DNA of 53,928 nt, filler included, from Sphacelaria rigidula (taxonomy: Eukaryota), in NCBI GenBank assembly GCA_964200075.2. It is 5 parts of 5 records of this genome, joined end to end, with 100 filler letters (N's around TTAATTAATTAA, not from the genome) between each part and the next. Parts side by side here need not be neighbours in the genome. Positions count along the whole stretch, not along the records: positions 1 to 10,706 come from CAXNAA020006050.1; positions 10,807 to 21,512 come from CAXNAA020006051.1; 3 more parts are not named here. One strand, given 5' to 3'. Below, piece by piece: positions 1 through 11,086 of the stretch. How positions within the stretch are numbered: position 1 is the first letter of the stretch; every line of letters starts with the position of its first letter. The notes under the pieces are model-generated. The model was not told where the DNA came from. It was given only the letters and a program-made list of their open reading frames with translations, and did not search any database. The position numbers were made by a program, and so were the translations under genes.

Positions 1-897
1 CCATGTGCCCGTGATGGGAGGAGTCCACATGGCAATTTGATCTTGAGTGACAGAGGTCTGTAGTACCCACAAGCACGCATGCAGTTGAATGGCAAGCCAT
101 GGTGTACTTCGTATTTTGTGGTCGCGGATTACCGTTTGTTTGCTATGTTTGATTCTAGATGTGCTATGAAACGACAAACCTGGCATATATCCGCAAAATC
201 ACTTCGAGATGTAGTGACCACGAGTACTGTACTGTACTGTCTGTACGTGTACTGTTGTCAGGTGCAGACCCCAACCCTGCCGCCATTTTGTTCGTGATCA
301 TGTACGCATCTTTGCTTATAAACTCACCGTACTAAAAATGGTATAAACATAGCCGGTAACGGCAAACTTCAAATAAAATGGGATGAATTGGAGTCCTCAT
401 CACCAGTTCCAGTTGAGCTCCAGTTCCAGTTTAAGTGCCAGTACAATCTGATCCAGTTCATAGCCCTAAATATTATCGTATGACACACACCCCTGTATTA
501 TACAGTTGTACACTACAGTATTTTTTTATTTTGATGACCACGGGTCTAAAAAAGACAACGAGGCTGATATGCAGATCAAACACACAAACTCTGTACACGC
601 AGAACAGTACACACGATGCTTCTCAGTTTGTAGTACGTACCCTTCAGTTAACTTGTACCATGTTGCAAGTGTATAGGGCACAGCTGCCGCAACGTAGAGT
701 GTGGCACAGGGCGTCGCGCAGTACACTGGGCCTATTCTGTGAGCACTGTTGTACAAGCATTGTAACCTGTAACAGCGCCGTACCGTCACAAACAATTGCC
801 TACCGCAAACCAACAAACGGTAAGAAAACCAAGCGCTACTAGCTTCATATCTGCGATATCTTTTCGGCGTTCAGTTGTACTGCCGCCCTCTCACATC

Positions 898-944
898 ACA
901 ACACACACACACTCACACACACACACACTCACAAACACACACAC
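898..944. repeat. Imperfect (CA)n microsatellite
   Basis: acacacacacactcacacacacacacactcacaaacacacacac run. Confidence 0.9.
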
Positions 945-1399
945 CTGTTGCTGATGGGGTCCTCTGGGGGATACTTCCCCTCTCGCGCTGTGTTGCGCTA
1001 AGTATACGCTCGCCGCCATACACAACTTGTACGCGATTTCGTCATTCCTTTCCATGTGGTTCGACATGACGCCCGTTCTTATTGGACATGTATCCCATGA
1101 GGTGGCCGCACCGGTCTCCCTTCGGCGTCAAAACTCAGCAAATGACCGTTAGACAAGGCAGGCGAGAATTGGGTAATGTACTTTCAAAGCGGTGACAGAG
1201 TACCCTGACGACTTCGTGTGTCGACATTCACCTTCTTCCGCTCGTGTCGACCACGGGGCAGTTGAGTCGTCGGTACTGCTGGTTGCCGTTGCCGTAGATG
1301 CTGTAGTTGCAGGCAACGGGCGAGATTTGCTGGAGTCTGCGGCACCCCCTAGTTGAGGACCCGCCGATGCCCCCTGTGGATCCATGTCATGTACTTCCT

Positions 1400-1982
1400 G
1401 CACGTGAACGTGACGTGAACGGTTACGTCACACCCGGTTTCTTTTATTGAGATGAATGTGGATGATGATTTTATGATGATGTGCTGCAACGATATCTGGC
1501 AATGTGTGCTGTGGCGCGCGGCGCGCGAACTGGCTGAAATAGTATGTCCTTCACCGTGGTGATGAAAAGTCATTCGTGCTCATTGAAGCACAATCTGTTA
1601 AGATTTCAAAGTCGACTGCAAACTTGAAGTGTGCACCGCTTCATTAAATGTGTTCATGACGTTTCATTTAACGTGTAACGTCTGGCACAAGTGTAACGTC
1701 TAATACACGTGTAATGTCCCATACACGTGTAGCGTCTAATACACGTTACACGTTCCAAAAAACGTTTCATATTACGTGTTCTGAAGGTTTGGACAGCTGG
1801 ACGTTCACGTTACGTTTCGTTTGGCACTTTAAAACATTCATGCCACCTTCACGTGCTCTTTGAAGTCTTGACGGTTTTGCTGCGTTACGTTCATCGTGTA
1901 AAAAAACTTGACCGTTCACGTTACGTTTCGGCCGAAACGTGACGTGAACGTAACGTGTAATGCTGTACCACGTGTAACATGT
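1400..1982. repeat. ACGT-motif-rich repetitive tract with a 38-bp near-perfect palindrome at 1913-1950
   Basis: Many CACGTG/AACGTG/TTACGT units. 1913-1950 cgttcacgttacgtttcggccgaaacgtgacgtgaacg is self-complementary apart from one T/G pair. Confidence 0.6.
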
Positions 1983-2419
1983 ACAGCTCTGGAAATTATC
2001 AACTGAGCCACCGGAGCGACCGGCTCATCGAGATGCAAAGAGACTCTCGGCTTCTTTCCGCACAGCAATCGTGGTCGGTCGCACGCTATAACTAACGACG
2101 AAATGCATGGCCTACCCTTCACGACATATTCCCGGGCACAGCAAAAGTACCCAAAGCTAGCAGTATCGGCACACTCTACATTGAGCATCCCGGGTGTCAT
2201 ATTCTGGACCCCTGCACTACCTGAGGACAAGCCCGTGGTCTCAAGGGATCAACCCATCTCTCCCCGCTACACGCTCCGTCTCGAAAGGGATGCGTGGTCA
2301 ATGGCCGAACGATTGAGGCGAGCAACAAATAGGTTCGTCTCCCCCCTCCTTTGTACAGCCTAGTCCGGCGAGAACGTGGCGTGCTCCGTCCCGGCTGTGT
2401 AGAGGCGGACCCCCGATGG

Positions 2420-2870
2420 GGTTGGCGTCGGTTGGCGATGATACTGTAAAACACACCACTCACTGCGTAAGCTGGGGAGCCAGATTACCGATGTTTTCGC
2501 GCGCTCGCGCTTTTTTTGCGGTAAGCATGATATTAGTCGAGCTCCGTCATGTTGTGTGGCGTGGGAGAACCTCAACTCCGCACAGAAGGGATAATTGTAC
2601 TACATTGTGTTCAAATGGTGAGACACCCACGATGCAATGTATGAGCCGTGGCTGTCTCTGGAAGTAGCGATACCAGGAAATGAAGCAGCTCGTTGTAGGC
2701 TGTCATCCAAATGCAAGATAATCAGCAGGCTTCGGATCGAACAGTCTTGAAAGGATACTGCTGACCGTTCATGCGACTCGCCGAACACACCACGGCGCTT
2801 CGCGCTTTGTAGGGATGCGGCGTCAATGGTGTTGATTACTTTGGCATGCATGATCATGATTATCACTCCG
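2420..2870 (+). repeat. Dispersed repeat family A, copy 1
   Basis: Colinear with 53370-53880 (shared blocks ctcactgcgtaagct, gtgggagaa-ctcaactccg, aatgcaagataatcag, cttcgcgctt) and with the reverse complement of 11087-12080. Confidence 0.85.
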
Positions 2871-5800
2871 CGGTATACGCCTTGCATTTTGAGCGTCGCT
2901 AATTGGTGAAGCACTCCCGCATGGCGTCAACTCTCGTCAAACAAACGCATGTCAGGTGCTTTTTGTTCACACACGTAGTCAAGCTTTCTACGGTGTAAGT
3001 CAGATGCTTCGAACATGATTACCAACGGATATGGCAGAAATCGAACTCACATACTCTCCACCATAGCGGTAACAGTCATATCATTACACCATCAGGGCGA
3101 GGCGGGGGGGGAAGTGATTCCTCACTATATACAGCCGCTACGTTTGTGACCCGTGTCGTGCGTTGCAGTATCCTCTACAATTTAGGCATCCCCCCCTCCC
3201 TCCGCCCCTACTACGGCGTTTGCACACCCTGCAATGAAAAGGGCACCGCGCCGTACAGACAGTGAGTTGCAGCACACGGTTATACTACTATTTTATCGTC
3301 TGCACTGACTATGCAGTAAATTCCCGAATCGGAACACGTACGAATGCATGAGTTTTTACATGTACGATATATTGAACAGCGGTTAACTTTAGAACGCATC
3401 TGCTGAGCGTACACGGAACACGCGTCCCCTTAAATGCATACGGGTGTGACACACGGAGAGTATCCATCTGTTTGTAACAAGTGCGAGCCACCTACGTGAA
3501 AAACCTATCTGTAGTAAAACATATGTGAACGGCATGGGTACAGAACCTGTTTTCTAGAAGGATTGAACCCAGCACACGTGGAACAACTGTTCACCCCAGA
3601 GACGGCTCTTTCAAACATATACAGGTGTTTTCTTCTTTCGGCACAACTCTTCGGAACGTTTTCAGATTTCCGTAAATTGAGGGGAACCTTCTCGGACGTA
3701 TTATCAAACCATCTGTGAGTTCACATCAATATTTTTGAACGATATGAGATATGTCTGGAGTTTCTCTATATGTATGCTCGATGTAGATGAGAAGATCCAA
3801 CGCATGTCAATATCAGCACACGCTAGGTGATCCCATTTTCTCTGTAAAACCGGTCACACAACTGCCACAATATTTCTCTGTTGTTGTACAAGCGACCGAC
3901 TGGCATCAGACTGTACTTATTGGAAATTAACACTGTACACACGTGCGACGGGAAGCTGAAGATATTTGATCACTATATATACAGATCGGCATATGCGCGT
4001 GCTCTCAATGAGAATCGGCAGTGTCGATATTTTTCTGTTCAAGTACACTGACCACGTCCTGTAAACAGGAAACAAGTCACTGGCTTCCAAGCATCGTCGC
4101 CGTCCAGCACACGGGATACCCGATTTGCATTTCAAGCGATCGAGCGGACCAGAATCAGGACGGATATTGACGTCCCCAGATACATATCAGTTGAGAACAA
4201 CGTTCTCCGACGTTTGCAGGTATTCTGCGATCTCGAAGCAATTTTTTACAATGCTGTGTGATTTCCTGCGAGTCTTGGGCATCATTCCCAAAGGTTGGCA
4301 GATCGTTTATCACAGGAAAAATGTGGCATGTTTTATATCAGATATCTGGAGCAGGGGTATATTTTTTATATGTCGAAAGTGTTGATTGTTCATGCGGCAT
4401 AGGCAAGTATGTTCGCTTCTCTCGCTTGCTTTGTAAAATGAACGGAGAGCACGCGTCAACAGTAAGCGCGACCAAGGCAATGCCGCCCGTCCGATCATCA
4501 ATACTGCAATGCGTCAACGTGATTGATACACGTCTTCCTGTCTCGCGTTTGCCGAACAGGCAGCATGCGTTGCTCTTTGTACCACTACACCGCGTGGTAA
4601 TGCATAGTGGGTGTGCTGAACAGTACAGCCACTTTGTGCAACGTCGGTGGTGAACACTAGACGACTTGAATGCGGATTTTATGTTCAAGCGTCTTATATT
4701 TTTGATGATTGAACTGTGACGTTCCCCAGCTACTCGCATCGCATACGCGTCTCACATCGTACATGCTCTTGGCGTCGCACATGACTTGGGCTGGGGGACC
4801 GTAGTTCGGTGTTGCATGCACTTTTTTCAAAGCGACAGTCAACATTACGCCCATGTCATGCTGGCGAGCGCTCGGTGATGTGTTCGTATTCTCTGCCTCA
4901 TAGGTGACTGTGAAAAGGACGTGCTCGGTGCAGATAAAGTTGATCATCATAAATCCCACGAAACGTGAAAGTTTCTTTTCTCAGAATAACCGAATAATCC
5001 TATCCCGTTCTTTGATAGGTTTGTTCTGTATTACTTCGCACAGTGGGAATGCCACCATGGTGCAGTCAAATTTACTTGTCCTATTTATCATATTTCCTAT
5101 CCGCTAGACTACTGAAACTAGCTCCGCTTTATTACTATAATGCAAGGGCCAACCACAGTGCGGTGATCCGGGCCTTCGATTTACCGTACTCTGCTGAGAC
5201 CCCCAACAGAACGTATAGTCTGTGCCTAGGATAGCTTTGAGTATACGCTGAGATATCTGAAACATGTGCATCGTACGTATTTGTCTTGAGGTATCGATAG
5301 TCCTATAGCAGACGAAGATCTACACCGTTGCCTGTCGTGAGTTCATCTCTCATCAGCGAATTGCTCCCTTTCTTATACAGTGTTTTGTTTACGTCACCCT
5401 CGTGGGCTTTCAGCTACGCAAGAACAGCTGTACAGGGTCGCCCTCACACCTTGTGCAGCTCATTCACCAGACGAACGTATATACAAGGTCGCTAAACCTT
5501 ATCCGGATGGTGTGCAGGGCGCGATCTGCACACGTACACGTCATGTAAGCACAGGACTTGCCACCTTGCACCAGGCTGTACCGTTGCCTGTGGATTCACG
5601 GCGAGCGAAGTTCTCATGCGTCGACGCCACATAGTACCCCATCAGGCACGATTCATGTGGCGTCGTATGTGTAGGCTCACCGCTGTGGCTTTTGAACACC
5701 AGCGACGGCCATGGCAGAACACAGCACAACGGCTCTTTGGCACCATTACAATGATGACAATCCGGCACCTTTGCGTATACAATAGAACCTCTCGTGAAGG

Positions 5801-6477
5801 CTGTCTTTCATGCGATCAGAAGTCATATTGATTCAGTACAAGCACCCGGAACAAATCAATTTGCGGGGAGTGAGTGCCCCCTTTCCACGACGGCGCGCAG
5901 CAGACAAGGCTTTTTCAAACATCTCACCGCCGATGCATGGACCGTGTTGCGATAGTGCATCTGGGAGTTGCCGTCTTGACCTGAGGTGCTGTGCAAGCTA
6001 GAACACATCGCCGACGATGTTTTGGACACTGCTGCTATTTTTGCAACGAGGAATGCCCAGCAGGAAAATAACGATAAGAACATAACCTGGACAATGTATC
6101 CGCAGTTGCCTTCGCACGCCGGCGTGCATCTGCTGAACCTTGTCCAGCCGGTATCGATGCATGAACCGTGTCCCCCTAGTGCGTCTCGGCGTTCTCGTGG
6201 TATATGGTCCCATTTAGATGCTTCATTTGCCTTCGATCCCTACTGCTTTAGTGTACAGGATGTCCCGTTCGCTAGAACTATCGTGCAAGTGGTGCTGCAG
6301 TTGTTACGGTCAGCTTACATGTAGCGTCGCTTGACTTGAATGCAGGCAGCCTTTTCTCCTGAGTATGTACCCCTACTAAAGTCCCGATCCTTCTGCGAAG
6401 CGTTTCAACTCGCTTGAACACATGGCTCACGGAAGACTCCCCGCCGTTTCGGCATTTGTGCTACCGTGAGCAGTTAG

Positions 6478-6729
6478 TCTTCGAAGAAGCACCACGCGAA
6501 GGACGTCACGGCCGACGTCGCAGAAGAAAGTTGCATCACCACGGGCTGCTCCGAGCCGCCACCTCAGGGTGCACAGGGCTACACGGCGGAGTTCTGCCCC
6601 AAACATGCGAAGTTGAAAGTGGTAAATGTGAAGAACAAGTGCGGTGAGGAGAGCTGCTCCTACCGGCCGCCCCAACGAGAAGCTGGAGGCGAGAAGGAGG
6701 AGTTCTGAATTGAGCACGCCAGGGCGGGG
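6478..6729 (+). pseudogene. Degenerate EsV-1-7 repeats upstream of and in frame with the main ORF
   Basis: The frame of ATG 6730 reads CITTGCSEPPPQGAQGYTAEFCPKHAKLKVVNVKNKCGEESCSYRPPQREAGGEKEEF*IEHARAG. TGA at 6706-6708 occupies the conserved Cys position, and TAG lies at 6475-6477. Confidence 0.75.
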
Positions 6730-9729
6730 ATGGTGAATGTGAAAAACAAGAAGTGCGGCGACGAGGGCTGCTCTAAGCGTCCGTCGTATGGTGTAGTGGG
6801 AAGCAAGAAGGCGGAGTTCTGCTTTGAGCACTCTAGGGCGGATATGATGAACGTAGTGACTAAGACGTGCGGCGACGAAGGCTGCTCCACTCAGGCGTCT
6901 TTCGGTGTAGTGGGAAGCAAGAAGGCGGAGTTCTGCTCCAAGCATGCCGTGGCGAGGATGGTGAATGTTTTGAAGAAGAGGTGCGGCCACGAGGGCTGCT
7001 CAAGGCAACCGTCTTTTGGTGTGGCAGGAAGCAAGGAGCCGGAATTCTGCTCCAAGCATGCCAGGTCGGGGATGGTAGATGTGGTAAGCAAGAGATGCAG
7101 CGAGGAGGGCTGTTCAAAGCATCCGTCGTATGGCTTGGTAGGAAGGAAGGCGGAGTTCTGCTCCAAGCATGCCAGGCCGGGGATGGTGGACGTGAAGAGC
7201 AAGAGGTGCAGCGAGGAGGGCTGCTCAAAGCATCCGTCGTATGGCTCAGTAGGAAGGAAGGCGGAGTTCTGCTCTAAACATGCCATAGCGGGGATGGTGA
7301 ATGTTCTGAAGAAGAGATGCGGCGTTGAGGGCTGCTCAAGGCATCCGTCTTTTGGTGTAGTAGGAAGCAAGAAGGCGGAGTTCTGCTCCAAGCATGCCAT
7401 GGCGGGCATGGTGAATGTTTTGAAGAAGATGTGCGGCGACGAGGGCTGCTCGAGGCATCCTTCATTTGGTGTAGTAGGAAGCAACAAGGCGGAGTTCTGC
7501 TCCAAGCATGCCAGGTCGAGGATGGTAGATGTGGTGAGCAAGAGGTGCAGTGAGGAGGGTTGCTCAAGACATCCGTCGTATGGCTTAGTAGGAAGGAAGG
7601 CGGAGTTCTGCTCCAAGCATGCCATGGCGGGGATGGTGAATGTTTTGAAGAAGAGGTGCGGCGACGAAAGCTGCTCAAGGCATCCGTCTTTTGGTGTAGT
7701 GGGAAGCAAGAAAGCGGAGTTCTGCTCCAAGCATGCCAGGTCGGGGATGGTAGATGTGGTGAGCAAGAGATGCAGCGAGGAGGGCTGTTCAAAGCATCCG
7801 TCGTATGGCTTGGTAGGAAGGAAGGCGGAGTTCTGCTTTGAGCACGCCAGGGCGGGGATGGTGGGCGTGAAGAGCAAGAAGTGTGGCTACGAGGGCTGCT
7901 CAAAGCATCCGTATTTTGGTGTAGTGGGAAGCAAGAAAGCGGAGTTCTGCTCCAAGCATGCCATGGAGGGGATGGTGAATGTTTTGAACAAGATGTGCGG
8001 CTTCCAGGGCTACTCTTCTCAGGCGTCTTCTGGTTTGGTGGGCACAAAGGCAGGGTTCTGCTCCAAGTATGCCAGGGCAAGAATGTTGGTTGTGCGGAAC
8101 AAGAGGTGCGGCTATAAGGGCTGCTCCACTCAGGCGTCTTATGGTTTGGCGGGCAGCAAGAAGGTGGAGTTCTGCTGTGAGCATGCCAGGGCCGGGATGG
8201 TGGACGTGAGAAGCGAGCAGTGCGGTTACGAGGGCTGCTCTACGAAGCCGTATTTCGGTGTAGTGGGAAGCAAGAAAGCCGAGTTCTGCTCCAAGCACGC
8301 CATGGCCGGCATGGTTAATGTTGTGAACAAGATGTGCGGCTACGGGGGCTGCTCAAGGCATCCGTCTTTTGTCGTGGCGGGAAGGAAGGAGGCGGAGTTC
8401 TGCTCCAAGCATGCCGTGATGGGGATGGTGAATGTCCGATTTGATAAGTGCGGCTACGAGGGCTGCGCGACTCAGCCGTCTTTCGGTGTAGTGGGAAGCA
8501 AGAAAGCAAAGTTTTGCTCCAAGCATGCCGTGGCGGGGATGGTGAATGTCCGAGTAAGTATGTGTGGCTACGAGGGCTGCTCGACTCAGCCGTCTTTCAG
8601 TGTAGCGGGAAGCAAGAAAATAGTGTTCTGCTCCGAGCATGCCGTGGCAGGGATGGCGAATGTCCGAGTTGGTGAGTGCGGCTACAAGGGCTGCTCGTCT
8701 CAGCCGTGTTTAGGTGTAGTGGAAAGCAAGACGACGGAGTTCTTCTCCAAGCATGCCATGGCGGGGAGCGTGAATGTCAGAGTTAGTGTGTGCGGCTACG
8801 AAGGCTGCTCTACCCGGGCGTGTCGTGGAGTAGCCGGAAGCAAGAACGCGAAGTTCTGCTTCGAGCATGCCAGGGCGGCAATGATGAATGTTGTGAGCAA
8901 GAAGTGCGGCTATGAGGGCTGCTCCACTCAGGCGTTATATGGTTTAGTCGGAAACAAGGCGGAGCTCTGCTCCAAGCATGCCAGGGCGGAAATAGTGGAT
9001 GTGGTGAACAAGAACTACAGCTACGAGGGATGCTTCAACAGGCGGTCGTACGGTGACGCGGGCAGCGTAAAGGCGGAGTTCTGCTCTGAGCAAGCGAGGG
9101 CGGGAATGATAAATACGGGGAGCAAACGGTGCAGTGAAGCGGCGTGCTTCGAATGGGTTATCCGCAAGAAGCACAACGTTGATGAAGCGACGTTTTGCGG
9201 AGAACACGGTAGTGCACGCAACACAGCTGCGGTGTCTGATACTGCGATGCTCAACACTGGGGAGGGCGCCCCCGGCCGTGGCCCGACGGAGGCCAGTGGA
9301 GAAAGCGTTGCTGATGTAAGAGGGACGAAACGCAATCGCGCGGCATTCTCGGGCCCTGCTGCAAACGACTTTGTCGGTGCTCGCCGCAATGCTTATGCCG
9401 GTCCCGAGCAGGGTGTAAGAACACCGTTGCGCTTGGGATGCCCACTTTCAAGGACTGGTGGAAGGGGGACTTTTAGGACAACAGCAGAAGCAGGGATGAA
9501 GGTAGAGGTGGCAGTCCCTTCGCCCACTCACAGTGGCGATGGGATGAGGGAGTATCGTACGTTTGCTGCCTCGTCGAGTAGTTGGACAAGCGCGCGGGGT
9601 GGTAGTTGCTTTATCAGCAGTGGTGGTGAAAGTACGGGGCTGATCTGTACTTCGCCGGTAGTGGTACCTGGACGTCTGGGCGAAGTTGATGATGCGGCCT
9701 TTGAAGAGGCAAAGAAGGACCGAACGTGA
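6730..9729 (+). CDS. EsV-1-7 repeat domain protein: about 22 tandem 37-38 aa Cys/His repeats plus a low-complexity C-terminal tail
   Basis: 999-aa uninterrupted ORF. Repeat consensus KRCGxEGCSxxPSFGVVGSKKAEFCSKHAxxGMVNV fits the C-x4-C-x16-C-x2-H EsV-1-7 motif of brown algae and phaeoviruses. 22 FCxxH-type motifs counted over about 6730-9210. Confidence 0.9.
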   Translation: MVNVKNKKCGDEGCSKRPSYGVVGSKKAEFCFEHSRADMMNVVTKTCGDEGCSTQASFGVVGSKKAEFCSKHAVARMVNVLKKRCGHEGCSRQPSFGVAGSKEPEFCSKHARSGMVDVVSKRCSEEGCSKHPSYGLVGRKAEFCSKHARPGMVDVKSKRCSEEGCSKHPSYGSVGRKAEFCSKHAIAGMVNVLKKRCGVEGCSRHPSFGVVGSKKAEFCSKHAMAGMVNVLKKMCGDEGCSRHPSFGVVGSNKAEFCSKHARSRMVDVVSKRCSEEGCSRHPSYGLVGRKAEFCSKHAMAGMVNVLKKRCGDESCSRHPSFGVVGSKKAEFCSKHARSGMVDVVSKRCSEEGCSKHPSYGLVGRKAEFCFEHARAGMVGVKSKKCGYEGCSKHPYFGVVGSKKAEFCSKHAMEGMVNVLNKMCGFQGYSSQASSGLVGTKAGFCSKYARARMLVVRNKRCGYKGCSTQASYGLAGSKKVEFCCEHARAGMVDVRSEQCGYEGCSTKPYFGVVGSKKAEFCSKHAMAGMVNVVNKMCGYGGCSRHPSFVVAGRKEAEFCSKHAVMGMVNVRFDKCGYEGCATQPSFGVVGSKKAKFCSKHAVAGMVNVRVSMCGYEGCSTQPSFSVAGSKKIVFCSEHAVAGMANVRVGECGYKGCSSQPCLGVVESKTTEFFSKHAMAGSVNVRVSVCGYEGCSTRACRGVAGSKNAKFCFEHARAAMMNVVSKKCGYEGCSTQALYGLVGNKAELCSKHARAEIVDVVNKNYSYEGCFNRRSYGDAGSVKAEFCSEQARAGMINTGSKRCSEAACFEWVIRKKHNVDEATFCGEHGSARNTAAVSDTAMLNTGEGAPGRGPTEASGESVADVRGTKRNRAAFSGPAANDFVGARRNAYAGPEQGVRTPLRLGCPLSRTGGRGTFRTTAEAGMKVEVAVPSPTHSGDGMREYRTFAASSSSWTSARGGSCFISSGGESTGLICTSPVVVPGRLGEVDDAAFEEAKKDRT

Positions 9730-10307
9730 AGTTGGAGCTAGGAGTGTCCAGTGCGTATCCTCCGGGGTCCAAAGCATGATAGATGGCACCATTTCGTATA
9801 CCGGCGCCGTTGCTCAGATTCACCCAGAAGGGTGTTGATGGTGTGTGCTCGCGTATGTTGTCAGAGGTCTCAAACGAGAAGTGGTCGACAATATTGTTTT
9901 TTCTTCAATCGATTCAAAGCACTTTGTAAGATTACGGCTTCCTGATATCCCAGCGCCACGTTCCACCAGCTTCTCTTCGAGGCGCAGTTTTCATACTTGC
10001 TCCGACCGTGTGCTTTGGCGATAATTTGCCAATAGCAGGCCGCGAGTACATGGATCGGAGTAGTCGGCCACCCGATGAACCATGACACCACCGTCTGACT
10101 TGTAATTCGTACTTCCCTCCAACCTTTCCTGACTGGTGCAGTACGAACTGCCACGCTTGTCCGTCTTACGATAGCATCTGTACCCCGAACAAGACGTACG
10201 GCAATTTGTCATGTCATAGACCCCGACGCCAGAGAGTCTCAGTTGCCCCAGTATGGGTATGCCGGATTGTACCTCAGGCGCGCTGTGGTGTTAGCTCTCT
10301 GTCTGTC

Positions 10308-10651
10308 ACACGGGATCATACAAATTGGGGATGGAGGTTTCAATGAGGATGAGAAAGCCGGAGAAAATAAATCTTCGTATCCACACCAAATCTTCTAAAT
10401 ATAGATCCATTTCTTCATTTGTTGGTAGCTATTGACAACCACTACACGCCATACAAATTTTTATTTCGAACATCGAAACGTTAGAGTCTAAGGTGAAGAA
10501 CACATGCTGGGGGATTTCGGCGATCTGATTGCATTATCCCAATTCCCCAAAGTTGTTTCTTCCCCCACGACTCCAACGTGTCGGCTATCAGGATCCAAAT
10601 TTGTATTGCGTGTGGTTGTTGTCAAAAGCCACCAGTAGTAGGTGAAGGAAA
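10308..10651. mobile_element. Foldback/MITE family B, copy with truncated right arm
   Basis: Left arm (aaatcttcgtatccacaccaaatc...ctattgacaaccactacacgccatacaaattt) matches 16824-16977. A partial inverted arm lies at 10596-10651. Confidence 0.75.
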
Positions 10652-10706
10652 CAGTGTTTTCGTGAGATTGAGAGTAGATGATACGATTGAGAGGGAAAAG
10701 CGGTCA

Positions 10707-10806
10707 NNNNNNNNNNNNNNNNNNNNNNNNNNNNNNNNNNNNNNNNNNNNTTAATTAATTAANNNNNNNNNNNNNNNNNNNNNNNNNNNNNNNNNNNNNN
10801 NNNNNN
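10707..10806. other. Artificial spacer (N44-TTAATTAATTAA-N44)
   Basis: 100-nt linker with stops in all six frames; identical spacers recur every 10,806 nt. Confidence 0.97.
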
Positions 10807-11086
10807 GGGTGGGGGGTGGGGGGGGGGGGGGGGGCGGGGTGGGGGGGGGGGTGCGGCGGGACGGACGGGCTGATTAAATCAACGTTAAACTTGTGAAATG
10901 AAGTTGGTTCACGTCTTATTATCGTAGAAGTACGTTCCTGGAGTCGGAGCAAGTGTATACTCTGTTTTATGGTATTGGTACGGGTTGACCGCGTGTCAGA
11001 AAGGTACAAGCGATGTGGTGATTAAATTAGCACCAGGAAGGTGGCTGAGTTTTGGAGTTTCCTGCAGACCGCACCGCACCTCATGA

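Noticed and set aside
1232-1397. Possible isolated minus-strand exon (Ser/Thr/Ala-rich)
   Set aside because: AG/GT bounded, but low complexity and with no partner exons identified.
6427-8675. Long antisense and off-frame ORFs (e.g. 6891-7877 minus, 7274-8080 minus)
   Set aside because: Shadows of the repetitive EsV-1-7 ORF.
9945-10200. Possible chromodomain/Gypsy remnant on the minus strand (KYELQVRRW)
   Set aside because: Too short and degenerate to support.
10751-10762. TTAATTAATTAA as a biological motif
   Set aside because: Part of the artificial linker between N-runs.
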